DNA of 64,000 nucleotides from Chrysomallon squamiferum (lineage: Eukaryota > Animalia > Mollusca), in assembly GCA_012295275.1 (NCBI GenBank), contig CM022676.1, positions 14,570,001 to 14,634,000 on the forward strand. The letters are read 5' to 3'. Of the stretch, positions 43,138-59,726 are shown one piece after another (position 1 is the stretch's first letter; each line of letters starts with the position of its first letter). A program made the translations under genes and the position numbers. The notes under the pieces were generated by a model. It was not told the origin of the DNA and ran no database searches. It worked only from the letters and a program-made list of their open reading frames with translations.

Positions 43138-44422
43138 ATCTAGTTGTACTGAAAGTAATAATTTATCTTATATTACAAAAATGTTTACTGCAATGACATT
43201 TACCTTTTATCGATCGACTTCAATTCGACCAGCATCTCTGAAACTAATATAAAAAACTAGATCAACCCCCATCCGCATCACCCCACCCTGTTCGCAGTGT
43301 TCGCTGTCGATCTCGTTCATTTCACCTAGAACAAGGAACTGAGATAAAAATGGTTTACAATAAATCAGAGGCCGTATTTCGGAAGATGTCGCCATAACGA
43401 ATCAATTAACCAAAAGTGTTGTTTACAGGTCGCTACGATGTCTTTTGAAATGAATAGTATACGCATTCGATAAATCTAAGAAAGGGAGATAACTAAGGAA
43501 CCAACTCAGAAAAAATACGAGTAATTCTATTGTACAACGATTTTTGTGTTTTATTTATTTCAGTATTACTTGCTTGTACACCAATACACACCGACACACA
43601 CACGCGCTCGCTTCCTCTTCTTATAATTTATTTCTTTATGAGACACATTTCCGAAAAACGTGCTTGTCGAAGAATGTTATTTTAAATTTAAATCTGATAA
43701 TACATTAACAAAGCTGACAAGTTTACTAGCATATTATTCCCGGTCACTGCAATATATTTCTGTAAAGTGTAAAACAGATTAGAAGTAAATTCATTTCAAT
43801 AATATTAAATAAAAATAAGAGAAGAAAGAAAAAAGCCATATAAAATAACTGAAAATTAACTTACAAAAAAAAAAAGTAAATAAATCAATCAAAAATAAAG
43901 TTCAGTTCATTGTAATATTCAGGTTCACAGACTACAATTTTAGGAACTAATTTAGTGTGTTAAATAATGTCACTACTTGTGTATCTACTCACTTAGTTTG
44001 AAGTATGAGAAATATTTTCACTACTCAAGTTACGTAGAAACCTTAGTATCATCTTGTTAGTGTGTTTCTTACAAATGGCATCAAATAACTCAAATTAAAT
44101 TCTGTTGATATTTTTCTTCCTACAAAATATCATGTGACATGTTTACGTACATGGATACCTACTGGACGCCGCTCCAGTGCACTGTTAAAACAACTTTACT
44201 TCTAACTTTGTATCGAGTGACGGGGACATCACGATTTCACGTTGTTGCGGTTGATGACTCGAAACGTACCGAGTGACGCCGAAATGAACCGATGTGCCTG
44301 TTTCGGTGAAAAGTACAATTTTACATACTTCCTTAGTAACGTGTATCTAGGGAAGGCTGATGACAGGCAGGTGTCAAATCTTGTATCGAGCGCCATCTGC
44401 ACCCGAGCTAACGCTAAGCCTG

Positions 44423-44585
44423 ACCATAATACTAACTTTAACCTAGTCATAAGGTAAACAGATAACTAAATCTTGCCATAATACCAACTTTAACCTAGTC
44501 ATGAGGTAAACAGATAACTAAATCTAGCCATAATACTAACTTTAACCCTAGTCATAAGGTAAACAGATAACTAAATCTAACCACA
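44423..44585. repeat. ~56-bp tandem triplication within a CCCTAA-like tract
   Basis: ccataatactaactttaacctagtcataaggtaaacagataactaaatct repeated three times. Confidence 0.85.
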
Positions 44586-46187
44586 ATCTAACCCTATCGC
44601 TAATGATAATGCCAACGCCAACCCTAACTTTAACCCGTATACTCACCTAACTGTAACCATAATCATAATATTAAAACTAAATATGATCCTAATGTTACCC
44701 TAGCCCTAACACAGTTCTATAATATGACAAACTCATGTTTTATTAAAATAAAACGTATTTTAAATAGTATCCTGAGAGTTAAGACAAATGTTCCCAAATT
44801 AATTTATATTTCAAAGAATCATAAGCATTAAAAATATTACAATAAAATTAGAAACAAAAATATATAAAAAAAATAACTCGTGGAATTTAGTATGATATGT
44901 AAAATGCGTTTTATTGTAATAAAATGTTAATTTATCATAAGGTTATTTTTATAACAAACGTTATATAGGCACGGTTAGGTTTAGGGTCTTTTGAACTTGT
45001 ATACAAATTAAATTAATTGAGATTGCGATGATATTTGACAGAATTACATGTACACTGCTTGTACAAACTATTTTGTTAAAGTATTTAGGAAGTTCGATAC
45101 GTTGCCGTTTTTTTTTTTTTTTAGGTCGCCTTGCCGTTACGTCGAATTCAGTAAAACAAAGCAAAATGTGCGCCATACATATTTATGCAAACTTCTGCTT
45201 TCAACACTAAACCTAAATGAGTTAACTGACTCAGATACTAACACACTAATACTAATCTTGTTCATTTAGCTGCGTATAGTGCGATCATTTCATCTTGAGC
45301 ACGCGGTAGCCTGTTTACGTGCAAACTGAAGTCATTGTTTATGAAGTACCGTACTTGAAAACTTGTATGCTGTTGACAAAGATAATTATATACATACATA
45401 CATAAATACATACATTCAGAAAAAAGTATTTCATTATTATAATTGTCTGTGTATCATTTTTCATTGAAACAATTTAAAAGACACGAAAATGACCAGTTCA
45501 GTATTCAACTTTAGACAAGATTAATTTTTGGCGGGGTGAAGTGTGTTATTTTACTCCGTCCATGTACAAACCAGTTGTTGTGTGTTATTAATGTATTGGT
45601 ACAGACTGTGACAGTCATTTTATAAAATTAATTAGTTATATGTAACAAATTATAAACGTAGCGCCTTTGTTTCAACAATTACGACAACAACAAAGTCAGA
45701 TAAGTTTTATTTAATTTTCAAGGTACTAGTGCTACTCAGTCTTTCTTCTCAAAATGTGCTAGACAAACAGATTACGAAATAGCTGTATTTCTAACAATAT
45801 TTGATATTTAATAATTAAGTGTTAGATTGGGAAATACATTTAATTTATCGACTGAGAATAATAACATTTTCTGAATTAGATTATTTAACGTAGTTTGAGT
45901 TTATGTTATATTATTTTCTGTTTCCAGTTTCTTTTCTAGGTTGCATTTTTTAATTTTCGTTGTTTCATTTATTTATTTGTTTATTTTTGAACTTACAAAT
46001 TATTTCTCTAGGGTGCCTCAAGAAGTTGTTTTTGTGTTGTTGCTGTTACTATTCTTATTGTTCCTATTATTCTTATTATTCATTTATTGTTGTTATTATT
46101 ATTATGAATGTTCCTGTTATCATTCTTATTATTGTTATTGTCGTTATTATTATTAATCCTATTGTCTTCATCGCTGATGCTGTTTTG

Positions 46188-46246
<59 letters not shown>

Positions 46247-47474
46247 TGTATGACACACTGTAAAAAAGTTATGTTCACAGATATTATGGATGATCTTTGA
46301 CCTCCTCTCTCATTAATACATACAAACAGAAACCTCAAAAACGTGACTAGATACTAATCTGGATACCTCACAAGAGATCTGTAGAAACGTGTTTTAAATC
46401 GAGGTGTTACAAATCATATTTCGCGTTTTGTTTGCTGTGCACGCTCGAGTTAGTTGGATCAAGGGACTGATTCACAATAATCACAGAGGAGGGGAACAGG
46501 GCCGGTAGTGAGGCTTCAGTGTTTTTAGCGTAACAAAGAAAACGATATATCTCTATTACATTTTGTTTTATTTTTATTTATTTATTTATTTATTTTATAT
46601 GTGCGATTTGATTTCAGTTATATAACACTTCGTAAACCATAAGCAGATAGATATGATGTTTGCATTGCTCAAAATAAATACTGTGACGTCATTTTTCTTA
46701 AATAGTTTCCAATACAAATAATTTCACATACACACATTTTATACATTGACACGTGCAAACATTAAAATGTTTCACATCACTACACAAATAAAGCATGTAG
46801 TTATTGTGATATATTGATTTGATGTTTTAATAAGTAAAGAAAGCATATAAATAACTATATAATAACTACAAAATTTATACAGAAAGTGTTTTTCGTTTTC
46901 ACTTTAACGACGGTTCATGAGTTACTGGAGAAAACTTGACTCCCTAACTGACCCCGGAAACGTAACTGCATTATACAAAACAAACTTTATCAGCAACTAA
47001 TTAAAACACAGCGGTCAGCCTTTAGTTAGTGGTTGTGTAAAACGAACATATTTAACTACAAGGGATTTTGATCATTGCTAAAATATAATAGTCGTTACCG
47101 TTAAGATACGGAGAGAATAAAAAAATTCGATTTCCGAGATCGTGGTTATGTGTTCATTTCCACCCATATTACAGAGAGAACCATATTCGAGTAGTATATC
47201 AACTAGACTTCCTGAAACAAGTTTACTGTATTTTACTAAACTTCTGTGGATTAATTATTGCAGAAGACTATTGTAAAAGTTATGTGAAGATAAATACAGC
47301 AACCAGTGTACTACGTACTTCGAGTTATGCGATCCTATTTCTTTGTTTTATCGAAATAAAGGGAACACTTAAACATAAGCTGTATTCGAAATAACCAGAC
47401 CATAATGATCAGTTTGTCACATGTACGTCAATAATACCGATATTGTTCTTATGTGTTTGACAGTGTTGATGAAA

Positions 47475-50975
<3,501 letters not shown>

Positions 50976-50979
50976 TCAA

Positions 50980-52210
50980 CACCGACCTGTCAGTATGTAG
51001 TAAGAACATTAGTTCACTTGTTACATACATCACATCCTTGTGTACTAACTTCATTACACTGACAGGATTGAACCACAGACCTGTCAGTATGTAATCAGAA
51101 CATTAGTTCACTTGTTACATACAACACATCCTTGTGTAGTAACTTTATTACACTGACAGGATTGAACCACTGACCTGTCAGTGTGTAATAAGAACATTAG
51201 TTCACTTGTTACATACAACACAACCTTATAACACTGACAGGGATTGAACCATCGACCTGTCACTGTGTAATAAGAATATTCGTTAACTTCTACATATAGA
51301 ACATCCTTGTGTAGTAACATTATGAAAGTGACAGGGATTGAACCACTGACCTATCAGTGTGTAATACGAACATTAGTTCACTAGTTACATACAACACATC
51401 CTTATTTAGTAACACATACAACCACATACCTAATTCACTTGTTACATACAACACATCCTTGTGGTAACTTTATTACACTGACACTGAACCACCGGGTGTA
51501 ATAAGAACATTGAACCACTAACCTGTCAGTATGTAATAAGAACATTAGTACACTTCTTACATACAACTCATAGTTGTGTAGTAACTTTAGTGACACTGAC
51601 AGGAATTGAACCACCGACCTGTTAGTGTGTAATAAGAACATTAGTTCACTTGTACATACAACACATCCTTGTGTAGTAACTTTATTACACTGACAGGAAT
51701 TGAACCACCGACCTGTCAGTGTGTAATAAGAACATTAGTTCACTTGTTACATACAACACATCCTTGTGTAGTAACTTTATTACACTGACAGGGATTGAAC
51801 CACCGACCTGTCAGTGTGTAATATAACATTAGTTCACTTGTTACATACAACACATCGTTGTGTAGTAACTTTATTACACTGACAGGAATTGAACCACCGA
51901 CCTGTCAGTTTGTAATATAATATTAGTTCTCTTGTTACATACAACACATGCTTGTGTAGTGACTTTATTACACTGACAGGGAATTGAACCACCGACCTGT
52001 CAGTGTGTAATAAGAACATTAGTTCACTTGTTACATAAACACATCCTTGTGTAGTAACTTTATTACACTGACAGGAATTGAACCATCGACCTGTTAGTGT
52101 GTAATAAGAACATTAGTTCACTTGTTACATACAACACATCCTTGTGTAGTAACTTTATTACACTGACAGGAATTGAACCACTGACCTGTCAGTGTGTAAT
52201 AAGGACATGA
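50980..52210 (-). repeat. 95-bp minisatellite (~13 units), inverted copy
   Basis: Reverse complement of the unit at 29700-30640. Confidence 0.92.
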
Positions 52211-52297
52211 ATTCAGCACAACATACCTAACTTTGTAATATATGGAACAAAATATACGGAAAAGAGAAATATATGACTAAATATATATATAAACAAA

Positions 52298-52330
<33 letters not shown>

Positions 52331-52339
52331 AAAAATAAA

Positions 52340-52375
<36 letters not shown>

Positions 52376-52380
52376 GAACT

Positions 52381-52484
<104 letters not shown>

Positions 52485-53371
52485 GAGGCATGATATACAG
52501 AGTTGTAAAATCTATTTAATGTCTGAGTTTGCTTATCTCCCAATCCAACCAGTGTTTTTTGTTGTTTTTTTTTTTTTTTTTTAAAGCTTTTCACTTGAAT
52601 TTCTCTTACACCATATATTCTTTCTTCACAGAAGAGAAAAAGATGACATGAACGAAACAAATATAATTAAAACATTTATTTCTATACTTCTATATTTTGT
52701 GTTTACATTTTTAACAAATTAACAAATTAAGTACAAATTATAATTTTATGTATAAACAAACTGACAACTTCTAATGTTATGTCTAATGAATATTGTATAT
52801 AATATAATTTACTAGCATATCTATTTTACATAAATCTAAATAAAAGAACACAGACAAATGAATCAAATAGCAGTTCTTAAAGTTCATGTCTAACAAACAG
52901 TAAACACATAATTTATCTTCGTATTAGTTTTAAAACAAAAAAAATAACAGTATTTTATTTGATTTGTGACAAAATCTAAACACATAATTTATAATATTTC
53001 TTAATAGACTAATCTTATTTAGGCTTTTATTGATACTTTGTATTTCATGGGAATTAATTTACAGATGGAAGACGGAAAAAAAAAAAATTAAATTCAAAAA
53101 TAATTAAGTTTTTTTGACTCCTGTGTAGTGAATACTGAACGATATAAAATTTACATTGATATTTAAACTAAAATAAAATGTCACTTGGTCTCTAATAAAT
53201 ACTACATATTTACGCATATTCAATAATAAGACATCCATGAACAAAGAAAAACAAATTATATATATAAAAATATAATACTATTTTCGAATATAGAATTAAC
53301 ATATTTAGGTAACATATTTCCTCTATTATATGACAGTTTAAAAAATACATTAAATAATCAAACAATCTATA

Positions 53372-53403
<32 letters not shown>

Positions 53404-53643
53404 AGCAATGAGCTGTTTATGTACATTATACACGTGTCTGTTTGACAGAAGCCAGTCCATTAGAAAGTTTCAAATAAAGTGTGTATGACGTCATCACTGC
53501 TGTCTGACGTCATCAGAAATACAAATGTAAACAAAAATAAGTAAATCAATAAATCAATATATAAATAAATAAGTAAATAAATAAAAATAAAAATATGAGT
53601 CCAGTGATGACTAAAAGTGACAGTGTTTGAACGATGTTGTTTT

Positions 53644-54887
53644 TTACACTAAAAATAACAAAGCAGGTATTTGTCCGTCTGTCACACCTGTACGAAGTTG
53701 TCTGTCACTGTGTTTAGATTTGTGTGAGACAGAAAATCTACAAACAAAAGAGTCTACAACAATTTCTGATTTACCTTTAAATCCACACCATGTGTCTCCT
53801 CCCTTAACATTAACAAACAAGCTGTACTCAGTGTCTTTAGTAATCTTCACTGGACGTCTGAACACAACGTCATACACGCCAGACACGTGTTCATATCTCT
53901 GTGTCAGTGTAGACCCGTCCAGTATTTCGTCTGTTCTTGTGTCAGTGACGAAGGCGCTGACGTCGTAGTTTTGAACGGTAACCGTACAACTGAAATCCGC
54001 GAAGTAAAGCGTTTTTTTTACAGAGAAAGTAATGGCGTCGTCTTCTTCACCAGAACATGACAAACAACCAACCATATATTCCAGCACCAAACCCAAACCT
54101 TTTATTGTTCTCTGTGTTTTAAAGGAATCATCACTGCTGGTTTCAAAATGTTCTTTTCTTTGTTTGAGTTAAAAGGTGAAACATCTTCATCTGGACAAAG
54201 CAAACATGTTTGAAAATTTTGTACTCTTCTGTCTCAGTGAGTATGTGAGTCCGTGTCACGTGTTTTACAAAAATACCTCTGATCGAGTAATGGATAACGC
54301 ACGTGCTTCACGATCTCTCCCAGTGCTTCGCGCGCATGTTTTTTCACTCGTTTCCTTCCCCTTGTTTCCTGCACGCGCTGTCAGCCCACTTCACAGCGGC
54401 TTCAAAAACATTTTTCTCGTCTGCTGTCAGTTCGTCTGATCGTACGATCTCAACCAGACATTCGTGACAAAGATCGGTGACTTCATCTGACTTCAAAACT
54501 TCGTCGCCATTTTTCAAAATGTAGTCCAGACTTTTTTTCCTTAGATCATGTTCATCAAACAGGTGAGCTTGTTCCAGCACGACGCACGCATTCTGTGACG
54601 ACAACGACGACTCCAAATAATGTGTGCATTCATCTTCAAGTGTTGTGATGATGTACTTCCTCGATAGATACAGCAGACCGGTGACGTTGTCGCCTGTTAG
54701 GACGACGTCATCCGTGTAAAGATATCTGTGTAAAAGAAGTAGAGTAAGACTTTAAAATGTGAGATAACTACGTGAGATCAATTAATTAGAAAATAATTAG
54801 ATTACTAACAAAAACTGTATTGTTATCAATGTTTCTGTCTGTATGTATGTCTCTCTTCCTCACTGTGTTCGTACGTGTGTTTCCATG

Positions 54888-54930
<43 letters not shown>

Positions 54931-55194
54931 AACATACTTTAGAAATTCTGAGAAGATTTCTGCCTTCACATCCGGTACAACTAAATTGCTGTGTTCGCGA
55001 AGTTCTCCACTGAACATTTGATGGAAAACTTCGCTTCGAATCATGAGTATGAACCGATGCGCATCAATCGTCGTTTTATTTTCTCCCACTACAAATCTGA
55101 TATCACTGTCAGCTTTCGTACGAAAAACGTGTTCAATACACTGAGTTAATTTCTTCCCTGTCTGCCAACTTGTGATTTCAGCTGATGTGGCCAT
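53644..55194 (-). pseudogene. BTB/POZ-BACK-PHR domain protein, copy 3; several frameshifts and scrambled sequence at ~53970-54360 (pseudogene or poor consensus)
   Basis: ATG at 55194. Exon 1 is 55194-54938 (257 nt, the same length as copy 2) and exon 2 is 54725-53644. The BTB, the N-terminal BACK and the C-terminal PHR parts are clean. The middle part has multiple indels. Confidence 0.8.
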
Positions 55195-55214
55195 GTTTTC
55201 ACTACAAACAAACG

Positions 55215-55277
<63 letters not shown>

Positions 55278-55898
55278 TTGAAAGGGAAAAAGATATTGTA
55301 CAGACAGAACTGTAACAATTCTTAGAGGATAAAAAAAATAATAATAAAAAAATAAAATAAAAGGATGATAAATAAATATATAGCAAATCGATAAAAGATA
55401 AAAATAAATAGTTTATGCTTATACAAGCGATTATTATGATGGTGACGACGACAACAACATTAATTATTATTATCATTATTATTATAAACAGACGTGTCTG
55501 GTCACAGTCAGGTAAATACTATTTCACTGTGGGACAAACGGTTTTCAAATTGCAATGTCCTTATGGTTATTTATACCATTTTACTCCTCGAAAGACAACA
55601 AAATTATCCGTCAATGACACATCTAAATAGAAAAATTATGTGAGAAAAAGGTGAGAAAATAAGAAAAATAAAGGATGACGATGCAACGTTTCTAAAGTAG
55701 AAACAATATAAAATTCACTTGTAATTTCAATATGGCTACCTACCTCAAAACTTTCTGATCGATAATTTCGGATACGCGACTACTTTCTGTTTAACCTCAA
55801 CTATAGAGCGCAGGTATAACCGATCTAAAAATAAAATAGCTAACATATATCAAAAGCCGCCAATAAATAATAACTTATTAAATAAGGGCTGTAATGGG

Positions 55899-55955
<57 letters not shown>

Positions 55956-58069
55956 ATAATAATAATAATAATAAAAATATACTGAAGATAAGTTTAAAAT
56001 GTTTATGCTCTTGTGGTATTTAGAACGATGTGACCAAATTCACTGTTAATACATTGTGCCTTTGTCTATATTGTGAGAAGATAAATAATTTCAATAAGGA
56101 CACTACATACAAACACAACAACAACAACCGAATTAGTTCCAATAAACCAAATAGAAAGGAAATAGAAAAATAATACAGAAAACATTAGATAATATTATTA
56201 AATTCTTCATACGTAAGATTCATGCACCAGAATTGTAAATACAATTTCGCTATCTGACAACACATTTTCAAGTCAGGCTTTACGTAACGTTTTCCATGTC
56301 AACATAAAAGAACACCTCACACTATAATGATGTATTTGTTAGAGAACTAAAAATAATCAAACTAAGATCACTCGAATCGTTAAACGATAGTACAATATAA
56401 TACAGCATTCGCTTTCAATATGGCCGACTTGTTTCACTTCTGCTTTGTTTACTTTTGGTTATCAGACTCCTGCACTGATAAACACGTGACTGACGTCAAA
56501 TATCTTTACGTCATCAAGTGTCACTTCTTTGGTTTGAATGTCAGATTAAAATAAACAAATCATGCTACGAGACATGTACACTCATCTTAAACACATTTTA
56601 CCTCAAAGCAGAACTATTAATTTTAGGTAGTCCTATTATATAACATTGTTTACATTTATGTTATAAAATGTATATAAAAAACAAAAACAACAACAGCGAC
56701 AACAACAACAACAACAACAACAAAAATTTAAAAGAAAAAGAGGAAACACAAGTGTAACTATTAGTTTAGAACTATATCGGTGCCAACTATGATCGGTAAT
56801 TTCTTAGAAGCGAGTACTTTCTGTTTAATTATTCTACTATTGATCAATGAGATCTCATGTCAATAAATAAATAAATAAATAGAATGGATTAACTAATTAA
56901 TTAATAAAATGAGCATATAAATAAATAAATAAATAAAATTAAATATTCAGAAGGATAACAATATGGCATAAGCTACAAATAATTCATAGGACTATATTAG
57001 AATGATGACGATTATGATAATACTGACGATGACAACAACAACAACAGGAACAACAATAATAATGGAATTCGTTTAACACAACTATTAATAATACTCTCGC
57101 AACAACGGCTGCTACTTCTATGCTGCTACTACAACTACTGCAGCTACCACTTCCACTATTAAACCTACTGCTACCATTACAAGTGGCACTAATATTATTG
57201 TTACTACTGCTACAAATGTATTTATTTACATATTACGAATAGTATTTTTTTTTTTGGGGGAATAATACACATATAAATCAGATGTAACACACACACACAC
57301 ACACAAACATATACATAGTAATAATAAGAAGAAGAAACAGAAAAAGAAGAAGAAGAAGAAGAAGAACAACAACAACAGTAGCAGCAGCATACTAATTTTA
57401 TCGTGTGCATGTCCTATTTCTCTGACGATACTCACGTGACCAGTCTATCAAGATACAGCTAACACGTGATTGTTTGTTTCTTATGTAGGTCAGATAAAAA
57501 CAGTGTATCACACGAGAACAAAGCTATAGCTGGGTGTTACTTACAACGATCTGACAAATTCATTGTTAATACAGTGTCTGCGCATAAGTGTAGAAATAAA
57601 TAGAAAACGTGTGAAATTATTTAAATTGTGAGAAGATATATAAACTCAATAATGACGATAAAGACAAACACAATAACCAGCAAATTACTACCAACAGAAA
57701 AAACAAAGAAACAAACTCGAAATTAGAAAATAATACAATTCTACGAGCTAATATTATTATTACGTTTTCATAGGCTCGTTCAATAAACTTGGTGGAAAGT
57801 AAAACTTCGTTGTCATACAACATACTTTTCAAGTCCGGGTCTACGTTATAGTTTTCGTGTCTTTTAAAAAATCTCGAACTGTAATGATCAGTTTGCTTGT
57901 CACATCTACAACTATAACAGCGATAATGTTTTTTATGTTTGCCATTGTAGGTGAAAGCAAATGCAATAACATTTTATGCAGTGGTTGGAACGGATAACTA
58001 ACCAATACGAAAGTTAGATTAAACGATAGGGAAGAATGAAGAAATGACAAAAAGAGAAAAAAAAAAAAA

Positions 58070-58280
58070 GAAGGAAGGCAGGGTGAAATAAATGTTTTAA
58101 TTAACGACACTGTAAACACATTTTGTTTACTGATCTGTGTGTAAAACTTGCTGTTAAGGACTGCTGAAATAAAATGAGAGTAAATCTGCAGTCCCCACAT
58201 CAAGTCTACTTCTTTCCAATTAGCAGGAAGTGGTATTTTATATAGACGATTGGATGAACAGGGTAATATGTATCAACCAT
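58070..58280 (-). mobile_element. Degenerate SINE 3' portion
   Basis: gaaggaagg...aatgttttaattaacgacactgtaaacacattttgtttac...ttaaggac...ccaattagcaggaagtggtattttatat is the reverse complement of the same recalled SINE core and tail. Confidence 0.55.
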
Positions 58281-59665
58281 TGGCTCTCTTTAAGCAATAT
58301 ACTAGTTTTTTTCTTTTTAATTGGTTTAGATTTTATTATTATTAACAAATTTCCTATTTTAAACAATTACGTCTTCAAACCGTGTACTGTTGTAAAGAGA
58401 TAAGAAGAACCATCACGATATAAACCAGTGAATATATATATATATATATAAAATATATAATAATATATAATATATATATATATAAAAAAAATAGAAAACT
58501 ATAAAAACCAGCGAAGTATATATTATTCATATATTTATTTCATTCATAATAATTTTTCAATAATAAAGATATTTATTGAAATACAGATAAAATAGATAAC
58601 ATAAATGGTGTAAAAATATGTCATTTCAAAACAAAGAGGGTTGTAAGAGATTGGCAGAAGAGGGTGTTTAGTTAGTTGTAATATTGTTAAAAAACAGGAT
58701 TTTCACTTTCACAGATTGATGACTCGTACAGGATAGTGTTTATTCAGGATAGTCTTTAAACAGGATATTATTTATACATGATACTATTTTTACATGAAAC
58801 TGTTTACAGGAATTAGTAATCTTAACGTTAAATTTAATCTTAAACCAACACAAATACCAAACCTGAATTAACTCTAAATCCAAAGTGTGGGATATTACTT
58901 ACCTGAATCCTATCTCTACATCTGTCCATCTGAACCACTGATAAACATCATCATAATTTGATCTCAAAGTGTATTATTATCCTAATAACGTCTGAACTAT
59001 CACCCTAACCTTAATGTCATCACAACACATATCTTAACCAATAAGAAACTAACAAACAAAAAAATAAATAAATAAATAAATAAATAAATAAAAAAATAAA
59101 AAAATAAAAATAAATAAATAAAAATAAAATAAAATAAAACAAAATAAAAACATAAAATAAAATAGAGAGGTAAAAATATAGAATAAGCCGCTAAAAGTAC
59201 ATACGACTATATTAGAATGATGATTATGATAATGGTGATGATAATGGAATCTGTTTAAGAAAACAACAACTACTACTATTTCTATTACTAAAACATCTAC
59301 TACTACTTCTACTACAATTACTACTGGGACTTCTACTATTAAATCTATGGCTATTATTATAACTACTACTATTACTAATTTATTTATTCATGCTTTAAGA
59401 TTAATGCTTATGGAGTTGAGCTTTTTTGGAGTGGATTGATTATATTTCTTGAAGAAACCTTTACCTCCCGGTTAAGAATATATAATTTCTGGACAACCGA
59501 TTTGCAAATCGTTTTATAAGTAATGTTATTCAAACACAAACACACAATCTCACTCACTGTTTACAATATGGCTGCTTACCTTTAAAAACTTCCTGGTCGA
59601 GAATTTCGTAGAAGGGAATAATTGCTGTTTGAAGGTTTTTCTATAGATCACTGATGTGAGGAATC

Positions 59666-59726
<61 letters not shown>

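Noticed and set aside
43207-43395. Possible first coding exon MATSSEIR... in a GC-richer patch
   Set aside because: No recognisable domain or downstream exon could be linked, so the evidence is insufficient.
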